Notes: generated from the sequence alone by a model not told the origin. 64,000 bases of DNA from an uncultured Chloroflexia bacterium (GCA_963766735.1 CAVYBU010000002.1:224001-288000), one strand, 5' to 3'; shown: positions 9,716-21,045, counted from the first letter of the stretch. A program made the numbers and translations.

Positions 9716-10150
9716 ATGGACGGCATGGTGCTCACCCTGTGGCTGGTGCGTCTCCTGTTCCTGGCGCTCCTGTACGTGTTCCTGTTCGCGGTGGTTCGGG
9801 TCCTGTTGCGGGATCTGCGGGTCGCGTCGCGCGGCCCGGCGGAGCTCGGGCGGCTGGTCGTCGCCGCGTCGCCGCGCGGCGAGCCTGTTCGCGGCGCCTC
9901 GCTTCCGCTGGATGCGGTCACAACGATCGGACGCGACGTCAACAACAGCATCGTCGTGGACGACCCGTTCGCGTCCGCGGACCACGCGGTGCTGACGTTC
10001 CGCGGCCGCGCCTGGTACGTCGAGGATCTCGCCAGCACGAACGGGACCTATGTCAACGGCGTCAAGGTGGAGGGCGTCGCCGAGATGGGCTTCGGGGATG
10101 AGCTCCAGGTGGGCGAGGTCCGCCTTCGCCTCGATCGGGGGCGCTCGTGA
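9716..10150 (+). CDS. fhaB: FhaB/FipA-like membrane-anchored FHA protein
   Basis: N-terminal TM RLLFLALLYVFL; IGR, SADHA, DLASTNG. Confidence 0.88.
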   Translation: MDGMVLTLWLVRLLFLALLYVFLFAVVRVLLRDLRVASRGPAELGRLVVAASPRGEPVRGASLPLDAVTTIGRDVNNSIVVDDPFASADHAVLTFRGRAWYVEDLASTNGTYVNGVKVEGVAEMGFGDELQVGEVRLRLDRGRS

Positions 10151-11607
10151 GCGTCGCGGCGCAGGCTCGTCCGTTCGCCGGTGCCGGGCCGCGGATCAGG
10201 CCGCGCCTGCGGACCACGGAGACCGGGTTGCTGGCGCTGGTCGCGCTGACCCTCCTCGTGGGAGCCGCTGCCCTCGGTGCGACACAGAGGCTCATCGAGG
10301 CAGCCACGGCTGGGCAGACTCCGACGGCGCTCGACTTCGGGGCACCGGATCCGGTCGCTCTTGCCGTCTATCTCGGCACGATCGGCATCGTCCACGTCGT
10401 GTTCATCCTGGCCGGCCGCCGGATCGACCAGGTGCTGCTGCCGGCCGTCGCGCTGCTGGGCGGCATCGGCCTGCTGCTGATGCAACGGCTGCCGCAGGAC
10501 CTCGTGGAGCAGGAGCTCTTCGGACTGGTCCTCGGCCTGGGCCAGCTCCAGGCGATGTGGCTCCTGATCGCGATGGCGGTCATCGGCATGCTCGCCCTCA
10601 CCGTCCGCTCGGACGCCTGGCTGCGCAACTACAAGTACACCTGGGCCGCAGTCGGCATCGGCCTGTTGCTGCTGACCTTCATCTTCGGCAGCGACGTCAA
10701 CGGCGCCCGGCTCACGCTCTCGATCGGTCCTATCTCGGGTCAGCCGTCGGAGCTGCTCAAGGTCATCCTGGTCGTGTTCCTGGCCGGCTATCTGTCGGAG
10801 AACCGCTCGCTCCTCGCCGAGGAGAGCACCAGGCTTGGGCCGTTGCGCCTGCCACCGATCCCATACCTCGCGCCGATGGGCGCCATGTGGGCGATCGCCC
10901 TGGGGGTCGTGGTCGTCCAGCGGGATCTCGGGGCCGCACTCCTGTTCTTCGCGGTCTTCCTGGCGATGCTCTACGTGGCAACCGGGCGGGTCTCCTACGT
11001 GGTTGGCGGCCTGCTCCTGTTCATCGCCGGCGCGTTCGTGCTCTACAACCTGTTCGGCCACGTCCAGCAGCGGGTGGACAACTGGCTGGACCCCTGGGTC
11101 GATCCGTCCGGCGCCGGCTTCCAGGTTGTCCAGGCGCTGTACGCGTTCGGCCGGGGCGGCCTGCTGGGCGTGGGGCTGGGCGGCGGCCTGCCCACGATCG
11201 GCGGGCGGCTGCCGGTGCCGGCCGTCCATACGGACTACCCGCTGGCGGCGCTCGGCGAGGAGCTGGGGCTCATCGGCCTGCTCGCGACCCTGGGGCTGTA
11301 CCTGGTGGTGGTGGAGCGGGGCTTGCGGATCGCGGCGGCGGCGCGCGACGACTTCCGATCCGTCCTCGCCGCCGGCCTGGCGCTGGTGATGGGCATCCAG
11401 GCGTTCATCATCGCGGCCGGCAATCTCAAGCTGATCCCGCTCACGGGGATCACGCTGCCGCTGATCTCCTACGGCGGCTCCTCCCTGCTGGCAAACGCGA
11501 TCGTGGTCGGTCTCCTCCTGGCCCTCTCGGACCGGGGTGCCGGGGCACCTGCACCACCGCAGCACCGGCGCGGGCCCGTCGCGCGCCTCAGGCGGTCCGG
11601 CGCATGA
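10147..11607 (+). CDS. rodA: SEDS family peptidoglycan polymerase (RodA/FtsW)
   Basis: QPSELLK, QRDLG, HTDY, GEELG, IPLTGITLPLISYGGSS. Confidence 0.93.
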   Translation: MSVAAQARPFAGAGPRIRPRLRTTETGLLALVALTLLVGAAALGATQRLIEAATAGQTPTALDFGAPDPVALAVYLGTIGIVHVVFILAGRRIDQVLLPAVALLGGIGLLLMQRLPQDLVEQELFGLVLGLGQLQAMWLLIAMAVIGMLALTVRSDAWLRNYKYTWAAVGIGLLLLTFIFGSDVNGARLTLSIGPISGQPSELLKVILVVFLAGYLSENRSLLAEESTRLGPLRLPPIPYLAPMGAMWAIALGVVVVQRDLGAALLFFAVFLAMLYVATGRVSYVVGGLLLFIAGAFVLYNLFGHVQQRVDNWLDPWVDPSGAGFQVVQALYAFGRGGLLGVGLGGGLPTIGGRLPVPAVHTDYPLAALGEELGLIGLLATLGLYLVVVERGLRIAAAARDDFRSVLAAGLALVMGIQAFIIAAGNLKLIPLTGITLPLISYGGSSLLANAIVVGLLLALSDRGAGAPAPPQHRRGPVARLRRSGA

Positions 11608-13214
11608 GCGAGACCCAGGACGTCGCAATCTCCGGCGCGGGTGGCACCGCGGCCGGCGCGGCCGGGGCGGCGGCCAGGCGCCCAGGCACGGCTGACGCAC
11701 GCTCGGGTGCGGCCGGCGGTCGGCCCGGTCCGCCGCCGATCGGGGCCAGCATCTTCCGGACCGGGCTGGCTCTTGCCTGTGCGTTCGCCGTCCTGGCCAT
11801 CGGTGCCGGGTGGTGGCAGGTCGTCGAGGCCCAGGGCCTGGCGACCGCGGCGGACAACCCGGCGGTCATCGCGCTGGCGCGGCGGACCCTGCGCGGCCCT
11901 ATCGTGGATCGGCGGGGCCAGTGGCTGGCGAAGAGCGACCGCGATGAGAACGGCGAGGCCACCCGCCGCTATCGCGACACGTCGGTCAGCCACGTCGTCG
12001 GGTATGCCTCCCGCCAGTTCGGCACCAGCGGCCTCGAGCGCTCCTACAACGCCCAGCTGCTTGGCCTCGTGGGCTCGGACCCATTCGGCGGGTTCGCGTC
12101 CAAGTTCGACCTCGCGCCGCGGGACCCGCTTGGTCTCCGGCTGGCGCTGGACCTGCGCCTGCAACGGGCGGCACTCAAGGCACTCGGTCGCGACTTCGGC
12201 GCCGTCGTGATGATCGATCCCACGACCGGCGAGGTCCTGGCGCTGGCGTCCACGCCCACGTACGACGCCTCGGCCGTCGCCGATCCGGAGACGGCGGCGG
12301 ATGCGTTCGGGGCCCTTCGCCAGGACAAGACGAACCCCCTGCTGCCGCGGGCGACACTCGGCCGGTACGTGCCCGGTTCCGTGTTCAAGATCGTGACTGC
12401 CGCCGCTGCTCTGGACAGCCGGTCCATCACGCCGGAGACGACGTTCGCGGAGCAGCCGCCGGCCGAGAAGAAGGGACTGCTGGTGAGCGGTTTTCGGATC
12501 CGTGACGGCCATCATCCCGAAACCGGGAGCACGCCCCTGAACCTGGCCGATGCGACCGAGGCGAGCTGCAACATCTTCTACTCGCTTGCCGGACTGCGCA
12601 CGGGCGGCGGAAGCCTGACGTCGACTGCCGCCGATTTCGGGTTCGGCACACCCATCCCATTCGACCTGCCGACCGCGATCAGCCAGGTGACATCCGGCGG
12701 CGGCAGCGCCCCGGGCGGCTTCGCGGACGATGTCGAGCTGGCGTCGGCTTCGTTCGGGCAGGCCGAAACCTATGTCACTCCGATCCAGATGGCGCTGGTT
12801 GCGGCCACCGTGGCCAACGACGGCATCCTGATGAAGCCCCACCTGGTGACCGCGCTCACGGGCGATGGCTCGGGAGCGCGGACCATCGAGCCCGAGGTCT
12901 GGCGCCGCGTGCTGGCGGGCAATGACGCCCGGGCGATCCAGGCGGCGATGCGGCAGGCCGTGGAGGGGCCGATCGGGCGCCAGTTCACGTCCGGGGCGAA
13001 GGTCGCCGGTGTGCCCACGGCGGGCAAATCCGGGACGGCGGAGCTGGGCGGGTCCGGGGAGCCCCATTCCTGGTTCATCGGTTTCGCCCCGGTCGAGAAC
13101 CCGAAGGTTGCGATCGCCGTGCTGGTCGAGCGGGGCGGGCGGGGAGGGGACCGGGCGGCGCCGCTGGCCGGCGCCCTGCTGACGAAGTACTTCGAGCTGT
13201 ACGGACGGCCGTAG
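11604..13214 (+). CDS. pbpA: Class B penicillin-binding protein (PbpA-like transpeptidase)
   Basis: RGPIVDRRG, GSVFK (SxxK), SCN (SxN), KSGT (KTG); ATGA overlap with rodA. Confidence 0.93.
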   Translation: MSETQDVAISGAGGTAAGAAGAAARRPGTADARSGAAGGRPGPPPIGASIFRTGLALACAFAVLAIGAGWWQVVEAQGLATAADNPAVIALARRTLRGPIVDRRGQWLAKSDRDENGEATRRYRDTSVSHVVGYASRQFGTSGLERSYNAQLLGLVGSDPFGGFASKFDLAPRDPLGLRLALDLRLQRAALKALGRDFGAVVMIDPTTGEVLALASTPTYDASAVADPETAADAFGALRQDKTNPLLPRATLGRYVPGSVFKIVTAAAALDSRSITPETTFAEQPPAEKKGLLVSGFRIRDGHHPETGSTPLNLADATEASCNIFYSLAGLRTGGGSLTSTAADFGFGTPIPFDLPTAISQVTSGGGSAPGGFADDVELASASFGQAETYVTPIQMALVAATVANDGILMKPHLVTALTGDGSGARTIEPEVWRRVLAGNDARAIQAAMRQAVEGPIGRQFTSGAKVAGVPTAGKSGTAELGGSGEPHSWFIGFAPVENPKVAIAVLVERGGRGGDRAAPLAGALLTKYFELYGRP

Positions 13215-13251
13215 ACACGGGCGCAGCGCCGGACCGGGTACGCTGCCCGCG

Positions 13252-13572
13252 ATGACCAACCCCCTCGAGAGCCCGACCGTGGACCCAGGGGCGACCGTGT
13301 CGCCCGCGGCAGGCGTGTCGCCCGCGGCAGGCGTGTCGCCCGAGGTGCCGGTCGTCCGGTCCCAAGCACCCTCAGCTCCGGCCACGGACCTGCGGCCGCG
13401 CCCGCTCATCGAGCGGATCGGGATGGCGGCGATCGCGCTCGTGATCGGGGGGCTGTTCGTCTTCGTCGCGCTGGCGGCCTTCATCGGCGGTGAGCCGTTC
13501 CTGGGCGTCATGGGGGCGGCCGGCGCGGTGATGGTCCTATGGCTGGGCGGGCTCACGCTGATCCGGGGCTGA
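13252..13572 (+). CDS. Small two-TM hypothetical membrane protein
   Basis: Two hydrophobic helices; N-terminal 18-bp tandem repeat (VSPAAG x2); TACGCT 7 nt upstream of ATG. Confidence 0.75.
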   Translation: MTNPLESPTVDPGATVSPAAGVSPAAGVSPEVPVVRSQAPSAPATDLRPRPLIERIGMAAIALVIGGLFVFVALAAFIGGEPFLGVMGAAGAVMVLWLGGLTLIRG

Positions 13573-13724
13573 CAGCCTCTTGCCGGTTGCGGTCGTACAC
13601 TGGCGTGGCACGACGTGGCGGCGTTCCGATCCTGTTGCGCCACGTCACCAAGCGGGGGAGCCTGACGTCTCGGCAAGCCGGGATCGGGAGGTCGCGGTCG
13701 GGAGCCGCAGACGACGGGAGTCCG

Positions 13725-14711
13725 ATGAGCAATATCCAGCAGGTTGGTGACAAGGTCCTCGCCAACGTCGAGCGCGTCATCGTCGGGAAGCACGACGAGG
13801 TCCGGCTGGCGCTGGTCGCCCTCCTGTGTCGCGGCCACCTCCTGATCGAGGATGTCCCCGGCACCGGCAAGACGGTCCTCGCGAAGGCAATCGCCCGCAG
13901 CCTCGGGTGCACGTTCCGGAGAATCCAGTTCACCCCGGACCTTCTGCCCTCGGACGTGACCGGCCTGTCGATCTACAACCAGAAGACCCAGGAGTTCGAG
14001 TTCCGGCCCGGTCCGATCATGAGCCAGGTCGTGCTCGCAGACGAGATCAACCGGGCCACGCCCAAGACCCAGAGCTCCCTCCTCGAGTGCATGGAGGAGC
14101 ACCAGGCGACCATCGACGGCGTCTCGCATCTCATGCCGGACCCGTTCCTCGTCATCGCCACGCAGAACCCGATCGAGTACGAGGGCACCTTCGCGCTCCC
14201 CGAGGCGCAGCTGGACCGGTTCATGCTGCGCATCCGCCTCGGCTACCCCGCCCTGCTGGACGAGGTGCTGATCCTGGACGAGCAGAAGCGGGCCCACCCG
14301 CTCGACGTGCTGACCGAGGTCTGCTCTGGGGATGAGCTCCGCGCGCTCCAGGCCTCGGTGCGCGACATCTACGTGGACCCCGCCGTGAGCGACTACATCG
14401 TCAGGCTCGTCGCGTCGACCCGGACCCACCCGGACGTCTACCTCGGAGCAAGCCCTCGGGGTTCGATCGCCCTCTACCGCGCCTCGCAGGCTCTTGCCGG
14501 GCTCCTGGGCCGGGACTACGTGATCCCGGACGACGTCAAGGTGCTGTCGGAGCCCGCACTCGCGCACCGCGTGATCATCAAGACCAGCTCATCGATCCAC
14601 GACGTCAGCGCCGCGCAGGTGGTGCGTGAGCTCCTGGAGGCCACCCCGATCGAGGCCGCCCGCCAGGCAGGCGGTCCGCGCGAAGTCCGTCCCAGCCCCG
14701 CCGCGGGCTGA
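13725..14711 (+). CDS. moxR: MoxR family AAA+ ATPase
   Basis: [52 protein letters not shown]. Confidence 0.96.
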   Translation: MSNIQQVGDKVLANVERVIVGKHDEVRLALVALLCRGHLLIEDVPGTGKTVLAKAIARSLGCTFRRIQFTPDLLPSDVTGLSIYNQKTQEFEFRPGPIMSQVVLADEINRATPKTQSSLLECMEEHQATIDGVSHLMPDPFLVIATQNPIEYEGTFALPEAQLDRFMLRIRLGYPALLDEVLILDEQKRAHPLDVLTEVCSGDELRALQASVRDIYVDPAVSDYIVRLVASTRTHPDVYLGASPRGSIALYRASQALAGLLGRDYVIPDDVKVLSEPALAHRVIIKTSSSIHDVSAAQVVRELLEATPIEAARQAGGPREVRPSPAAG

Positions 14712-14750
14712 TCGGGACGCACCGGACCCTCGTCGGGAGGATCGACCACC

Positions 14751-15978
14751 GTGTTGCGCCGACTCCAGCTCCTCGTCCTGATCGCCATCCTCGTGGTGGC
14801 GGCGTTCTCGACCGGCTGGGGGTTCCTGTTCTTCCTCGTCTACCTCGGCCTGCTCATCGGGGGCGGCAGCTACATCCTGACCCGCCTCGGCCTGGCAGAC
14901 CTGGAGGCGGGCTATGCGGTGAGCCAGCTGACCGGCCACGTCGGTGACCGGCTGCGGGTGACCTACACGCTGCGCAACACGGGACGAATGCACAAGCCAT
15001 GGCTGGAGGTCCACAACCCGACGAGCCTCCCGGGCGGTCTCCCGGGCCGGGCCCTGTCCGTCGGCGCACGTCACGAGCGCTCGTGGCTGGTCCGCACCCA
15101 GCTCACGCGACGGGGTCACTTCCGGATCGATCCGCTCCAGATCCGGACGGGCGACCCGTTCGGGTTCTTCGAGGCAGCAGCCGGTGTCGGTCACGGGGTC
15201 ACGCTGGTCGTCTACCCGCGCATCGACGCGCTGCCCCTGTGGCGGCTTCCCCCGGCCAACATCGAGGGCTCTCACGCCTCCCCGGAACGCACCCTGCAGA
15301 CCACGCCCCTTGCGACGACCGTCCGCCCGTATGCCCCGGGCGACTCGATGAACCGGATCCACTGGCGGAGCACGGCCCGCACCGGCGAGATCCAGGTCAA
15401 GGAGTTCGAGCTGGAACAGACCACTGACGCGTGGCTGTTCCTGGACATGGACGAGGCATTCGCCGCCGGGGAGGGCGACGAATTCGGCCACCGAGGTCGC
15501 GGTGCGCGCGGCCGCGTCGATCGCCGACAAGGCCCTGGCCGAGAACCGTGCCGTCGGCATCACGGTCAATGGCCACCGGCTCACCGTTCTTACTCCTGAC
15601 CGCGGGGCGCGCCAGAGGCTCAAGATCCTCCAGCTGCTCGCCGCGGTTGAGGCGGACGGCCGCACGCCCCTGGATGAGGCTCTCATCGCGGGGATCGGCC
15701 GTCTGCGGCGTGGCATGACCGCGATCGTGATCACGGCGTCGCAGGATCCGTCGTTCATCCGGCCCCTCGCCGCTCTCCGGACACGAGGCATCGGCACGGT
15801 CGTCATCCACCTGGACCTGGCTGCATTCGCACCAGATCCTGATCAAGGCCCCGATCCCGATGGCCTGGATACGCGCCGCCAGCAGGCACGAGCCGTGCGT
15901 CACGCCCTGGCCGAGTCCCAGCTGACGACCTACGCCCTGGGCCCGGACCGGTCGTTGGCCGAGGCCCTGGCGGGATGA
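14751..15978 (+). CDS. DUF58 (VWA-like) protein; apparent 1-nt insertion near 15483
   Basis: [37 protein letters not shown]; protein continues in the 15502-15978 frame ([14 protein letters not shown]). Confidence 0.88.
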
Positions 15979-18266
15979 GTGAGGAGCCGGTGATCGGACG
16001 GCGGCTGGGACGGCCCGCGGAGGGCTGGTTCACCCTCGGCCTGGTGCTGGTCATGGTCCTGGTGCTGGCCTGGGCCATCGACGATCCCGCCTGGGTGGCC
16101 GGCAACCAGGCGCGGACCGACGGGCTCGCGCTCTTCGCCCTGCTGGGCATGGCGGTGGGCCTGATCGGCCCGAAGGTGGGCTGGGGGCGCTGGACCACAC
16201 ACCTCACCGGCGCCCTGTTCGCGGGTCTCCTCATCCCGGTGTTCGCGGGCTGGGCGTTCAAGGCCGACATCCCCGCGGGCGAGGCCTTCCGTCTCACGGC
16301 CGAGGGCACGACCCAGGCATACCTGGACATCGCCTGGCGCGGGCGACAGTTCACCACGCAGGAGATCCACTACGTCCTCGTGCTCGGGGCGCTCGTCTGG
16401 GGCACCGCCCAGTTCGTCTCGTACGCCGTCTTCGGCCACCGACGCCCCCTCGTCGCCGTGCTGATCGGCGGCACCATCCTGGTCGGGAACATGTCGCTCA
16501 CGAGCCGGGATCAGCTCGTCTACCTCATCATGTTTGCCGGTGCGTCGCTGTTCCTGCTCATCGAGATGCACGCCTTCGACGAGAAGACAGCGTGGGTCCG
16601 GCGCCGGATCGGTGACCCGAGCGCGATCTCGAGCCACTACCTGCGGAGCGGGGCGGTGTTCATCGTTGCCGCCCTGCTCGGATCGCTCGTCCTCACCGCA
16701 CGCGCGGCGTCCGCGCCGCTGGCGGGTGCCTGGGAGGGCGTCAACGACCAGCTCATCGAGATCGGGGAGTCGATCTCCCGGGTGTTCCCGGTTGGCGGCG
16801 ACGTGCGGAGTGGGGCGGGCGTCAACTTCGGTTCCAGCGCGCGCATCTCTGACCGCTGGACCGAGGATCCCGGGATCGCGTTCGAGGCCGCCGTCCCGCC
16901 CGGCGCTCCCGACCTGTACTGGCGCGCCGCCACCTACGACTCCTTCGTCCTCGGTGGCTGGGAGCAGACCGAGGTGACACGGGCGCCCGTGGAGCCGGGG
17001 ATGCCGCTCCTCGCAGGAACCCCGGAGGACCCTCAGCCCGAGCTGACGCGCGAGATCCGGGTCTCTGTCCGCCCGGACACATACCGTTCATCGCTGCTGT
17101 TGAGCCCGGGCACGCCGACCTTCCTGGACCGCCGGGCCACCGTGCTGGTCGGCGGTGGCGGGGGCTGGTTTGCGGGCGTGGAAGTCCCCGGAGAACGGAA
17201 CGGATACACCGTGACCACCAGCCTCCTCCGTCTCGACGAGGACGACGTGATCAGCGAGAACCGGCTCAGGGCCGCAACGGAGGACTACCCGCCGGACATC
17301 ACGGCGCGCTACAGGGAGGTTCCGGACGGGGCCATCGGTCGGGATGCCGAGGCGCTGCTGGCGACCATTCTTGCCCGCTCGCCCAGCAGAGACCCCTACG
17401 ACATCGCGGACACGATGCGCGAATACCTGCGAAGCGACGCGTTCTTCTACACGACGGATGTCCGCGACGTCGCCTGTGACGACGGCGCGGTCGAGTGCTT
17501 CGCCCGCCACAAGCGGGGCTACTGCCTGCACTACGCGTCCACGATGGCGATCCTGCTGCGGGCCGCGAACCCCGACAATCCGATCCCGACTCGCCTGGTG
17601 CAGGGCTTCCTGCCGGGCACGCGGGCCGGCACAGTGGAGACCGTGCGCAACCTTGGTGCGCACGCCTGGGTGGAGGTCTACTTCCCGGGCTATGGCTGGA
17701 TCCCGTTCGACCCCACCGGCGGGGGTGTCGGCCGACCGAACACCATCCTGCCCGGCCCGGAGGTGCCCAGCGCCGCCCCGGTGCCGCTTCGGAGCACCGA
17801 CCCCAACCAGCCGGCTCCCACGCGGCGCATCGACCCGAACCTGCTGGAGGATGGCGCTGGTGGTGGCCCGACGCCGGGCAGCGGGACCGATGACCGTGGA
17901 CTGCTGATCGTGATGACGATGATCCTTGGCGGGCTCGTGCTGGCCGCGGCGCTCGCCGCCTGGGTCCGCGGCCCGCGGGGCGAGGTTAGCCCCGACGCGG
18001 CGTGGCGGGGGATGGCCCGCTCGGCGTCGCGCTTCGGGGTCGCGCCACGCCCGACGCAGACCGTGTACGAGTACGCCGCGACGCTGGGCGAGATGATCCC
18101 GGTTGCCCGGGATGACCTGCAGGTCGTCGCGACGGCCAAGGTCGAAACGACCTACGCGAGCATTCATCTCAGCGGTGACCGCCTGGACGCGGTCCGGGCC
18201 GCGACCAGGCGGCTGCGGTTCTCCCTGGTGCGGCTGCTCTTCCGACGTCGGGGCCGCCGGCACTAG
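15975..18266 (+). CDS. Membrane transglutaminase-like protein (TgpA type)
   Basis: N-terminal TMs, YWRAATYD, catalytic [27 protein letters not shown]. Confidence 0.93.
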   Translation: MSEEPVIGRRLGRPAEGWFTLGLVLVMVLVLAWAIDDPAWVAGNQARTDGLALFALLGMAVGLIGPKVGWGRWTTHLTGALFAGLLIPVFAGWAFKADIPAGEAFRLTAEGTTQAYLDIAWRGRQFTTQEIHYVLVLGALVWGTAQFVSYAVFGHRRPLVAVLIGGTILVGNMSLTSRDQLVYLIMFAGASLFLLIEMHAFDEKTAWVRRRIGDPSAISSHYLRSGAVFIVAALLGSLVLTARAASAPLAGAWEGVNDQLIEIGESISRVFPVGGDVRSGAGVNFGSSARISDRWTEDPGIAFEAAVPPGAPDLYWRAATYDSFVLGGWEQTEVTRAPVEPGMPLLAGTPEDPQPELTREIRVSVRPDTYRSSLLLSPGTPTFLDRRATVLVGGGGGWFAGVEVPGERNGYTVTTSLLRLDEDDVISENRLRAATEDYPPDITARYREVPDGAIGRDAEALLATILARSPSRDPYDIADTMREYLRSDAFFYTTDVRDVACDDGAVECFARHKRGYCLHYASTMAILLRAANPDNPIPTRLVQGFLPGTRAGTVETVRNLGAHAWVEVYFPGYGWIPFDPTGGGVGRPNTILPGPEVPSAAPVPLRSTDPNQPAPTRRIDPNLLEDGAGGGPTPGSGTDDRGLLIVMTMILGGLVLAAALAAWVRGPRGEVSPDAAWRGMARSASRFGVAPRPTQTVYEYAATLGEMIPVARDDLQVVATAKVETTYASIHLSGDRLDAVRAATRRLRFSLVRLLFRRRGRRH

Positions 18267-18297
18267 GTCCGATCGGACGCAACGCCCCCGGCCCGGG

Positions 18298-19161
18298 CTA
18301 CAGGGCCCCTGACCGCGCCCTGCGCTCGGCCGCCTCGCGAGCCTGCTCGTCCTCGAGCGGCGCCAGGTGCCCGGTCAGGTTGTGCGCCCGCAGGACTGGG
18401 CGCCCGCCGCGGAGCTCGACGATCGTGATCCCGGTGAGCCCGAAGCTGAACATCCAGAACTCGGTCAGCGGCAGCCCGAACAGCGTCAGCAGGACGACCT
18501 TGAACACCCCGTCGTGCCCGACCAGCACCGACCACGGCTGGTCGTGCCCCTGGGCGACTCCCGCGTAGCCGCCCACCTGCGGGCGATCGAAGGTGCCTCT
18601 CGGGCGATCACGTCCCAGCGTCTCCAGCGCTCGCCGGAGAGCTGGCCGGACGCGGGCCTGGACGAGGGCCAGCGACTCGCCGCCGGGCGCCACGGACTCC
18701 CACGGCCGGTGCCGCCAGGCTGAGAGCTCCGCCGGCCAGCGACGGACGATGTCGTCATGGGTGACGCCCTCCCACTCGCCCTGTCCCAGCTCGAGGATGC
18801 CTGGTTCGGGGCGCATCGGGACGCGCTCGTCGTCGGGCCCGGCCGCACGGGCGAGGGCGTCGACCACCGCCTGTGCCGTGGCGGCCGTGCGGGCCAGCGG
18901 CGAGCAGACGACCTCCACAGGTTGCCCGCCCGGGACCGGCAGAGCAGGGGAGGCGTGGGCATGCGCCAGCCGTTCGCCCGCCAGTACCGCCTGGCGGCGG
19001 CCGAGCCCGGACAGCGGTGTCTCGGCCTGGCCCTGGAAGCGGCCCTCGCGGATCCACTCGGACTCACCGTGTCGCACCAGCACCAGCGTGGCGTCCAGGC
19101 CGTCGGGGATCGGCGACGCATCGTCCGGGAGGGAGCCCCCGGACGTCGAGGGGTCGCTCAC
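18298..19161 (-). CDS. Histidine phosphatase family protein (possible phosphoserine phosphatase)
   Basis: LVRHGES, SPLART, ELGQGEWEG, PGGES, VGHDG; overlaps the serA stop. Confidence 0.9.
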   Translation of the reverse strand: MSDPSTSGGSLPDDASPIPDGLDATLVLVRHGESEWIREGRFQGQAETPLSGLGRRQAVLAGERLAHAHASPALPVPGGQPVEVVCSPLARTAATAQAVVDALARAAGPDDERVPMRPEPGILELGQGEWEGVTHDDIVRRWPAELSAWRHRPWESVAPGGESLALVQARVRPALRRALETLGRDRPRGTFDRPQVGGYAGVAQGHDQPWSVLVGHDGVFKVVLLTLFGLPLTEFWMFSFGLTGITIVELRGGRPVLRAHNLTGHLAPLEDEQAREAAERRARSGAL

Positions 19162-20741
19162 CGGTCGCCGACCAGGTCGATCGTCCAGACGTCGATGACC
19201 GCAGGAAGCGACAGGATGCTCTCGGCGACGACCGCGGGGACGGCCTCATCCAGCGCCAGGACCATGAACGCGTCCGCGCGGGGTGCCGATCGGGCGAGGG
19301 TCATGGCGCTGACGTTGATATCGGCCTCGCCCAGCATCAGGCCGATGTTGCCCATCGTGCCCGGCCGGTCGTGGTGGCGCGTGATGAGCATGGACTCCGC
19401 GGGAGCCAGGTCCATCACGTGCTCGTCGAGCCGAGTGATCCTGGGCTCGCCGTTGGCCACGGTTCCGGCCACGGTCACCGCGCCCCGTTCGGTCTCGGCC
19501 GTCAGGGTCAGGAGCGACGTGAAGGTGCCGGCCTTCGGCGTCTTGCTCTCCACGATCGTGAGCCCGCGCGCCTTGGCCAGCGTGGCCGCGTTGACCAGGT
19601 TCACGCGCTCCGTCGTGGTCGTCTCCAGCAGGCCCCGGAGCACCGCCGCCACCAGGGATGACGCGTCGTACGCCGCGGGCTCGCCGGCGATCTGGAGCGT
19701 GAGTGCACGCGGCGCGGATCGGGCGAACTGCGAGAGGAACCGTCCGAGCGTCTCCGCCAGCGGCAGGAAGGGCGCGATGGCCTGGGCGGTCTCGGGAGTG
19801 AGCAGGGGAGCGTTGACCGCGGAGCGCGCCGGGCGGCCGTCCAGGACCTCGATGATCTGCTCGGCGACCTCCTTGGCCACGGCAATCTGGGCCTCGACGG
19901 TTGAGGCGCCGAGGTGGGGCGTGAGGAGGGTGTTGGGGGCGTCGAGCAGCGGCGAGCCGGTTGGCGGCTCCGTGTTGAACACGTCGAAACCGGCAGCGGC
20001 GATCCGTCCGGACCGCAGCGCGTCCGCCACGTCCCCCTCGTCCATGATGCCGCCGCGGGCGACGTTGAGCAGCATCACGCCGGGCTTCATCCTGTCGATG
20101 GCGGCGGCGTTGATGAGCCCGGTCGTGCCGCGCGTCCTGGGCACGTGGACCGTGATGACGTCGGCGCGGCCGATGAGCTCCTCGAAGGTGACAAGCTCCA
20201 CGCCCAGCGTGACGGCCTGCTCCGGGGTGACGAACGGGTCCGAGCCGATGACCGTCATCTCCATCGCGTGGGCGCGCTTGGCGATGGCCTGACCGATCTT
20301 GCCCAGGCCCACGATGCCCAGGGTCTTGCTGCGCAGCTCCACGCCCGTGAACTTCGAGCGGCTCCACTCGCCCCGGCGCATGGATGCGTCGGCGGCCGCT
20401 GTCCGGCGCGCCAGCCCGTACATCAACGCGAGCGTGTGTTCCGCGGCCGCGATCGTGTTGCCCGTCGGGGCGTTGACCACGGTGATGCCGGCACGGGTGG
20501 CGGCCTCGAGGTCCACGTTGTCCACGCCGACGCCGGCGCGGCCGATAACGACCAGGCGGGTGCCGGCGGCGATCATCTCTGCGTCCGCCTTGACCTGGCT
20601 CCGGACGACGAGGGCGTCGTAGCCGGGCAGGATCGCGGCGATCTCCTGGGACGAGAGACCCAGCCTCTCGTCCACCTCGTGGCGCCGACGCATGATCTCC
20701 AGGCCCTCTGCGGCGAGGGGCTCGACGACCAGGATCCTCAT
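19158..20741 (-). CDS. serA: D-3-phosphoglycerate dehydrogenase
   Basis: RAGVGVDNVD, NTIAAAEH, GLGKIG, NVARGG, TPHLGAST, C-terminal ACT domain; true start MRILVVEP at 20741. Confidence 0.96.
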   Translation of the reverse strand: MRILVVEPLAAEGLEIMRRRHEVDERLGLSSQEIAAILPGYDALVVRSQVKADAEMIAAGTRLVVIGRAGVGVDNVDLEAATRAGITVVNAPTGNTIAAAEHTLALMYGLARRTAAADASMRRGEWSRSKFTGVELRSKTLGIVGLGKIGQAIAKRAHAMEMTVIGSDPFVTPEQAVTLGVELVTFEELIGRADVITVHVPRTRGTTGLINAAAIDRMKPGVMLLNVARGGIMDEGDVADALRSGRIAAAGFDVFNTEPPTGSPLLDAPNTLLTPHLGASTVEAQIAVAKEVAEQIIEVLDGRPARSAVNAPLLTPETAQAIAPFLPLAETLGRFLSQFARSAPRALTLQIAGEPAAYDASSLVAAVLRGLLETTTTERVNLVNAATLAKARGLTIVESKTPKAGTFTSLLTLTAETERGAVTVAGTVANGEPRITRLDEHVMDLAPAESMLITRHHDRPGTMGNIGLMLGEADINVSAMTLARSAPRADAFMVLALDEAVPAVVAESILSLPAVIDVWTIDLVGDR

Positions 20742-20944
20742 GCGACCGCCTCCGCGGTTCGCGGCGCGTGAAGCGCCTCGCACTCCTCGCCGCGGTGGCT
20801 GACCATCTGGCACCCGCCGGCCTCGCGGATGCTCGGCGGGAGGGAGATGGGTCCGGGGATGCGGAGATCGGGTTCGAAGCGGGTCACGGGCGGGTTCTCT
20901 CCTGGGGTCGCGACGGGGCGTGCGGAAGGTGCCGGAGGTGACAT
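20738..20944 (-). pseudogene. Internally deleted class V PLP aminotransferase (serine-pyruvate / phosphoserine aminotransferase type)
   Basis: GGAGG RBS, then LRIPGPISLPPSIREAGGCQMVSHRGEE (family N-terminus), only 68 codons in total, stop overlapping the serA ATG. Confidence 0.75.
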
Positions 20945-21045
20945 GCATCCTCCCCCGGCGATCAAGCGGACGTCAGGGATTTGTCTTTGGCACGACCATT
21001 CTGCTGGACGCGGGCCATCTCGGCCGGCTCGATCGGCCGGGAATC

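Noticed and set aside
10050-11603. Long N-terminal extension or fusion on PbpA, and similar extensions on serA, the HAD and the SPFH ORFs
   Set aside because: Alternative-frame read-through over upstream genes; true starts are marked by stop/start overlaps or RBSs.
13725-18266. MoxR-DUF58-transglutaminase as a novel system
   Set aside because: Well-known conserved gene trio.
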